Source of the DNA: Alphaproteobacteria bacterium
GTDB taxonomy: Bacteria; Pseudomonadota; Alphaproteobacteria; GCA-2731375
Assembly (NCBI GenBank): GCA_965225945.1
Contig: CBDDBZ010000025.1
Span: forward strand, 32,001 to 96,000
Length of the DNA: 64,000 nucleotides
Direction: 5' to 3'
Made by a program: the position numbers and the translations under genes. The notes beneath the pieces were generated by a model. That model searched no databases. It was given only the letters and a program-made list of their open reading frames with translations, and was not told the origin of the DNA. Of this stretch, positions 59,303-64,000 are shown in pieces. Every line of letters starts with the position of its first letter. The stretch's first letter is position 1.

Positions 59303-59737
59303 ATGGCCAGGGAACGCAATGAAGCACGCGTGGAAGGCCCAAGTGCGCGTAGTCAACGTCAGCTTCGCGTCGGCGAATTGATCCGCCAGGCCCTTTCGGA
59401 GGTGTTGGCGCGCGAAGACGCGCGCGATCCGTCCCTCGCCGGCGTGTCAATCACCGTCAGCGAAGTGAGGCCCACGCCCGACCTGCGAGACGCGACCTGC
59501 TTCGTCATGCCGCTCGGCGGCGAAGGGCGCGAGGACGTGATGGTGGGCCTGGCCCGCACCGCGCCGTGGCTCTCCGGCCAAGTGGCCAGGCGGGTGCGGC
59601 TCAAATACGCGCCCAGGCTACGCTTCGAGCTGGATCGGAGTTTCGACGCCGCCAATCGGGTCGACAGGCTGTTGCGCCGGGCGGACGTGGCCCGCGACCT
59701 CGGGCCCGGCGAGGCGGGGGAGACGGATGGCGCGTAG
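59303..59737 (+). CDS. rbfA: Ribosome-binding factor A
   Basis: SQRQLRVGELIR, TPDLR and LKYAPRLRFELD motifs. Confidence 0.94.
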   Translation: MARERNEARVEGPSARSQRQLRVGELIRQALSEVLAREDARDPSLAGVSITVSEVRPTPDLRDATCFVMPLGGEGREDVMVGLARTAPWLSGQVARRVRLKYAPRLRFELDRSFDAANRVDRLLRRADVARDLGPGEAGETDGA

Positions 59738-60629
59738 ACGGCGGGGTCGGGCCGTCAGTGGCTGGGTCGTGCTCGACAAGCCGGAGGGAATGACCTCGAC
59801 CCGGGCGGTCGGCGCCGTTCGCCGGCTGTTCGACGCGGCCAAGGCGGGCCACGCCGGCACTCTCGACCCGCTGGCCAGCGGGCTGCTGCCGATCGCCCTC
59901 GGCGAGGCGACCAAGCTTGCCGGCCGGCTCATGGACTCGCCCAAATGCTATGCCTTCACCGTGCGTTGGGGCGAGGCGCGCGATACCGACGACGCCGAGG
60001 GCGAGATCGTGGCAACCAGCGATCGGCGGCCGAAGAGGGCGGATATTCGCGCGCTGTTGCCGGATTTCCTGGGTGACATCGAGCAACGTCCGCCGGTCTA
60101 TTCCGCGATCAAGGTCCAGGGCGAGCGGGCCTACGATCTCGCCCGCTCGGGCCGGCCGGTCGAGTTGCGGCCGCGTCGCGTGCGCATCGACCGCTTCGAA
60201 TTGCTGGAGCACGACGGCGGCGATTGCGATCATGCCAGCTTCGAGGTCGATTGCGGCAAGGGCGCCTATATCCGCGGTCTCGCCCGTGACCTCGGCGCGC
60301 GGCTAGGCTGCTTCGGCCATGTCGTCAAGCTTCGTCGCGCGCGGGTCGGACCTTTCGATCAGAGCGATGCGATTTTTCTGGATAAACTCGAAGACTTGCG
60401 TCATAAGGGGGCGCTCGATGAGACTCTGTTCCCGATCGAGGCGGCGCTGGACGACATCCCGGCGCTGGTCGTGACGGAAACGGAGGCCGCCCGACTCAGA
60501 AATGGGCAGGCGGTTCGGGTCCCCAGCACCAAGGCAGGTACCGTGTGCGTTATGGCCGATGGACGGCCGGTGGCGCTCGCCGAAGTGGAAGGTGGGGAGG
60601 TACGGCCGGTGCGGGTGTTCAACCTTTGA
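59727..60629 (+). CDS. truB: tRNA pseudouridine(55) synthase
   Basis: LDKPEG, GHAGTLDPLASG, PPVYSAIK and GAYIRGLARD motifs. Confidence 0.96.
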   Translation: MARRRRGRAVSGWVVLDKPEGMTSTRAVGAVRRLFDAAKAGHAGTLDPLASGLLPIALGEATKLAGRLMDSPKCYAFTVRWGEARDTDDAEGEIVATSDRRPKRADIRALLPDFLGDIEQRPPVYSAIKVQGERAYDLARSGRPVELRPRRVRIDRFELLEHDGGDCDHASFEVDCGKGAYIRGLARDLGARLGCFGHVVKLRRARVGPFDQSDAIFLDKLEDLRHKGALDETLFPIEAALDDIPALVVTETEAARLRNGQAVRVPSTKAGTVCVMADGRPVALAEVEGGEVRPVRVFNL

Positions 60630-60660
60630 AGGCCTGGCGTCGAAGACCTGGGAGTAAATG

Positions 60661-60930
60661 ATGTCGATCACCGCCGAGCGGAAATTGGAGTTGGTAAAGG
60701 AATATCGTCGCGGCGACGACGACACCGGGTCCCCGGAAGTGCAGGTCGCGATCCTGACGGAACGCATCGTCAACCTGACCGGACATTTCAAGACGCATCA
60801 CAAGGACAACCACTCGCGTCGCGGGCTCCTGAAAATGGTGAGCCAGCGTCGCCGTTTGCTTGATTACCTGATTAGCAAGGACCAGGAGCGCTATCAATCG
60901 CTCATCCAGAGCCTGGGACTCCGGCGATAG
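60661..60930 (+). CDS. rpsO: 30S ribosomal protein S15
   Basis: [13 protein letters not shown] and [11 protein letters not shown] motifs. Confidence 0.97.
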   Translation: MSITAERKLELVKEYRRGDDDTGSPEVQVAILTERIVNLTGHFKTHHKDNHSRRGLLKMVSQRRRLLDYLISKDQERYQSLIQSLGLRR

Positions 60931-61109
60931 CCGGGCCAGGGCGCATCACCGTGACCGTGTCGGACACGGTCTCATATCCGATAACACGACGAGCTCGCGC
61001 GCGGATCACGCGCGCGCCTCGACGGCTGTCGCGCGCATGGGGCGCGGCGACGGCGTCGAGCCGGGCGGCGGCGCCATGGGGGCGCCGCGCGCCATGAAGG
61101 AAGGAAGAT

Positions 61110-63245
<2,136 letters not shown>

Positions 63246-63272
63246 GCCGAAGTCCAACCAGGGGCGGGCGTC

Positions 63273-63950
63273 ATGCGCCGGATCGTCGATTTGTCCATCG
63301 ACCATGAGGCTCATTTCCGCTGGGGGGTTGAGCGCAGCGTGAGGCGGGAGACGCTGCCCGACGGCGGGGTCTTCACCATCACCAGCATCTCGACCACGGT
63401 GCATGCCTTCACCCATATGGATGCGCCCCGCCACGTGGTCGAGGACGGGCCGACCACGGACGACATCTCGCTCGACCGGGTGGTGGGCGAGACGGCGGTG
63501 GTCGACCTGCTCGACATCGCCGACGGCGAGGCGATCACCGAGGCGCGGCTGGCCGAGCGGGCGGACCACGTGACGCCGGGCGACATGGTGATCGTGAAGA
63601 CCGCCTGGGACACCCGGCGCGATATCGCCACGCCCGCCTATTGGCGCGACGCCCCCTACATGACGCGGGAGGCGAGCGAATGGCTCCGCGCCAAGGACAT
63701 TCGCGCGATCGGCTTCGATTTTCCCCAGGACTATCCCATCCGCCTGATGCTCGACGGCGAGCGGCGCGCCATGGTCGAGATGGTGACGCACGACGTGCTG
63801 CTCAGGAACGGCGTCATCATGTTCGAGTATCTCGGCAATACCGCCGCGCTCAGCGAGGCACGCAGCTTCGTCTGCGCCCTGCCGATGAAGCTGCCCGGGT
63901 CCGACGGCGCGCCCGCCCGCATCATCGCCATCGAGGGTCTGCTGGGCTGA
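63273..63950 (+). CDS. Cyclase-family (kynurenine formamidase-like) metallohydrolase
   Basis: HAFTHMDAPRH and ALPMKLPGSDGAPAR motifs. Confidence 0.85.
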   Translation: MRRIVDLSIDHEAHFRWGVERSVRRETLPDGGVFTITSISTTVHAFTHMDAPRHVVEDGPTTDDISLDRVVGETAVVDLLDIADGEAITEARLAERADHVTPGDMVIVKTAWDTRRDIATPAYWRDAPYMTREASEWLRAKDIRAIGFDFPQDYPIRLMLDGERRAMVEMVTHDVLLRNGVIMFEYLGNTAALSEARSFVCALPMKLPGSDGAPARIIAIEGLLG

Positions 63951-64000
63951 GCGCCGCCGTGCTATCCTGCCCGTGTCGAGGCCAAGGAGGGACGGCATGC

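Noticed and set aside
60945-61100. Hairpins between rpsO and pnp
   Set aside because: This is the expected terminator/RNase III leader region; the boundaries cannot be defined by eye and it is not novel.

Overview
This 64 kb window comes from a high-GC alphaproteobacterium, probably Rhodospirillales-like, judged from mucR/ros, fur and the gene order miaB-phoH-ybeY-corC-lnt-XRE-metK-trmB-rimP-nusA-ylxR-infB-rbfA-truB-rpsO-pnp. The left ~37.7 kb is an accessory catabolic region: Rieske dioxygenase, peptide-type ABC transporter, flavin monooxygenase, carbamoylase, GMC oxidoreductase, CoA transferase/ACAD, thiolase-like/OB-fold pair and class III cyclases. It is heavily invaded by mobile DNA whose ends and target duplications can be read exactly. 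These are two IS1595-family elements, an ISBst12-type IS66 that itself hosts a 755-bp transposase-less cargo cassette with 41-bp perfect TIRs, and a family of GGGGWCA-N3-TACTT palindromes. The best candidate for an undescribed system is a 4,133-bp TG...CA IS21-type transposon (24923-29055, 6-bp TSD). It carries a structured leader and four closely coupled genes: Zn-finger, IstA, IstB and a primase-like TOPRIM protein with apparently lost catalytic acidic residues. The right ~26 kb is core housekeeping DNA with two oddities: a PgpH-like 7TM-HD protein with degenerate metal ligands between phoH and ybeY, and a perfect 21-bp x ~6.9 tandem repeat at the infB start. Several single-base lesions may be sequencing errors. 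No rRNA, tRNA or CRISPR array was seen. All family assignments are by motif recognition; no database search was run.
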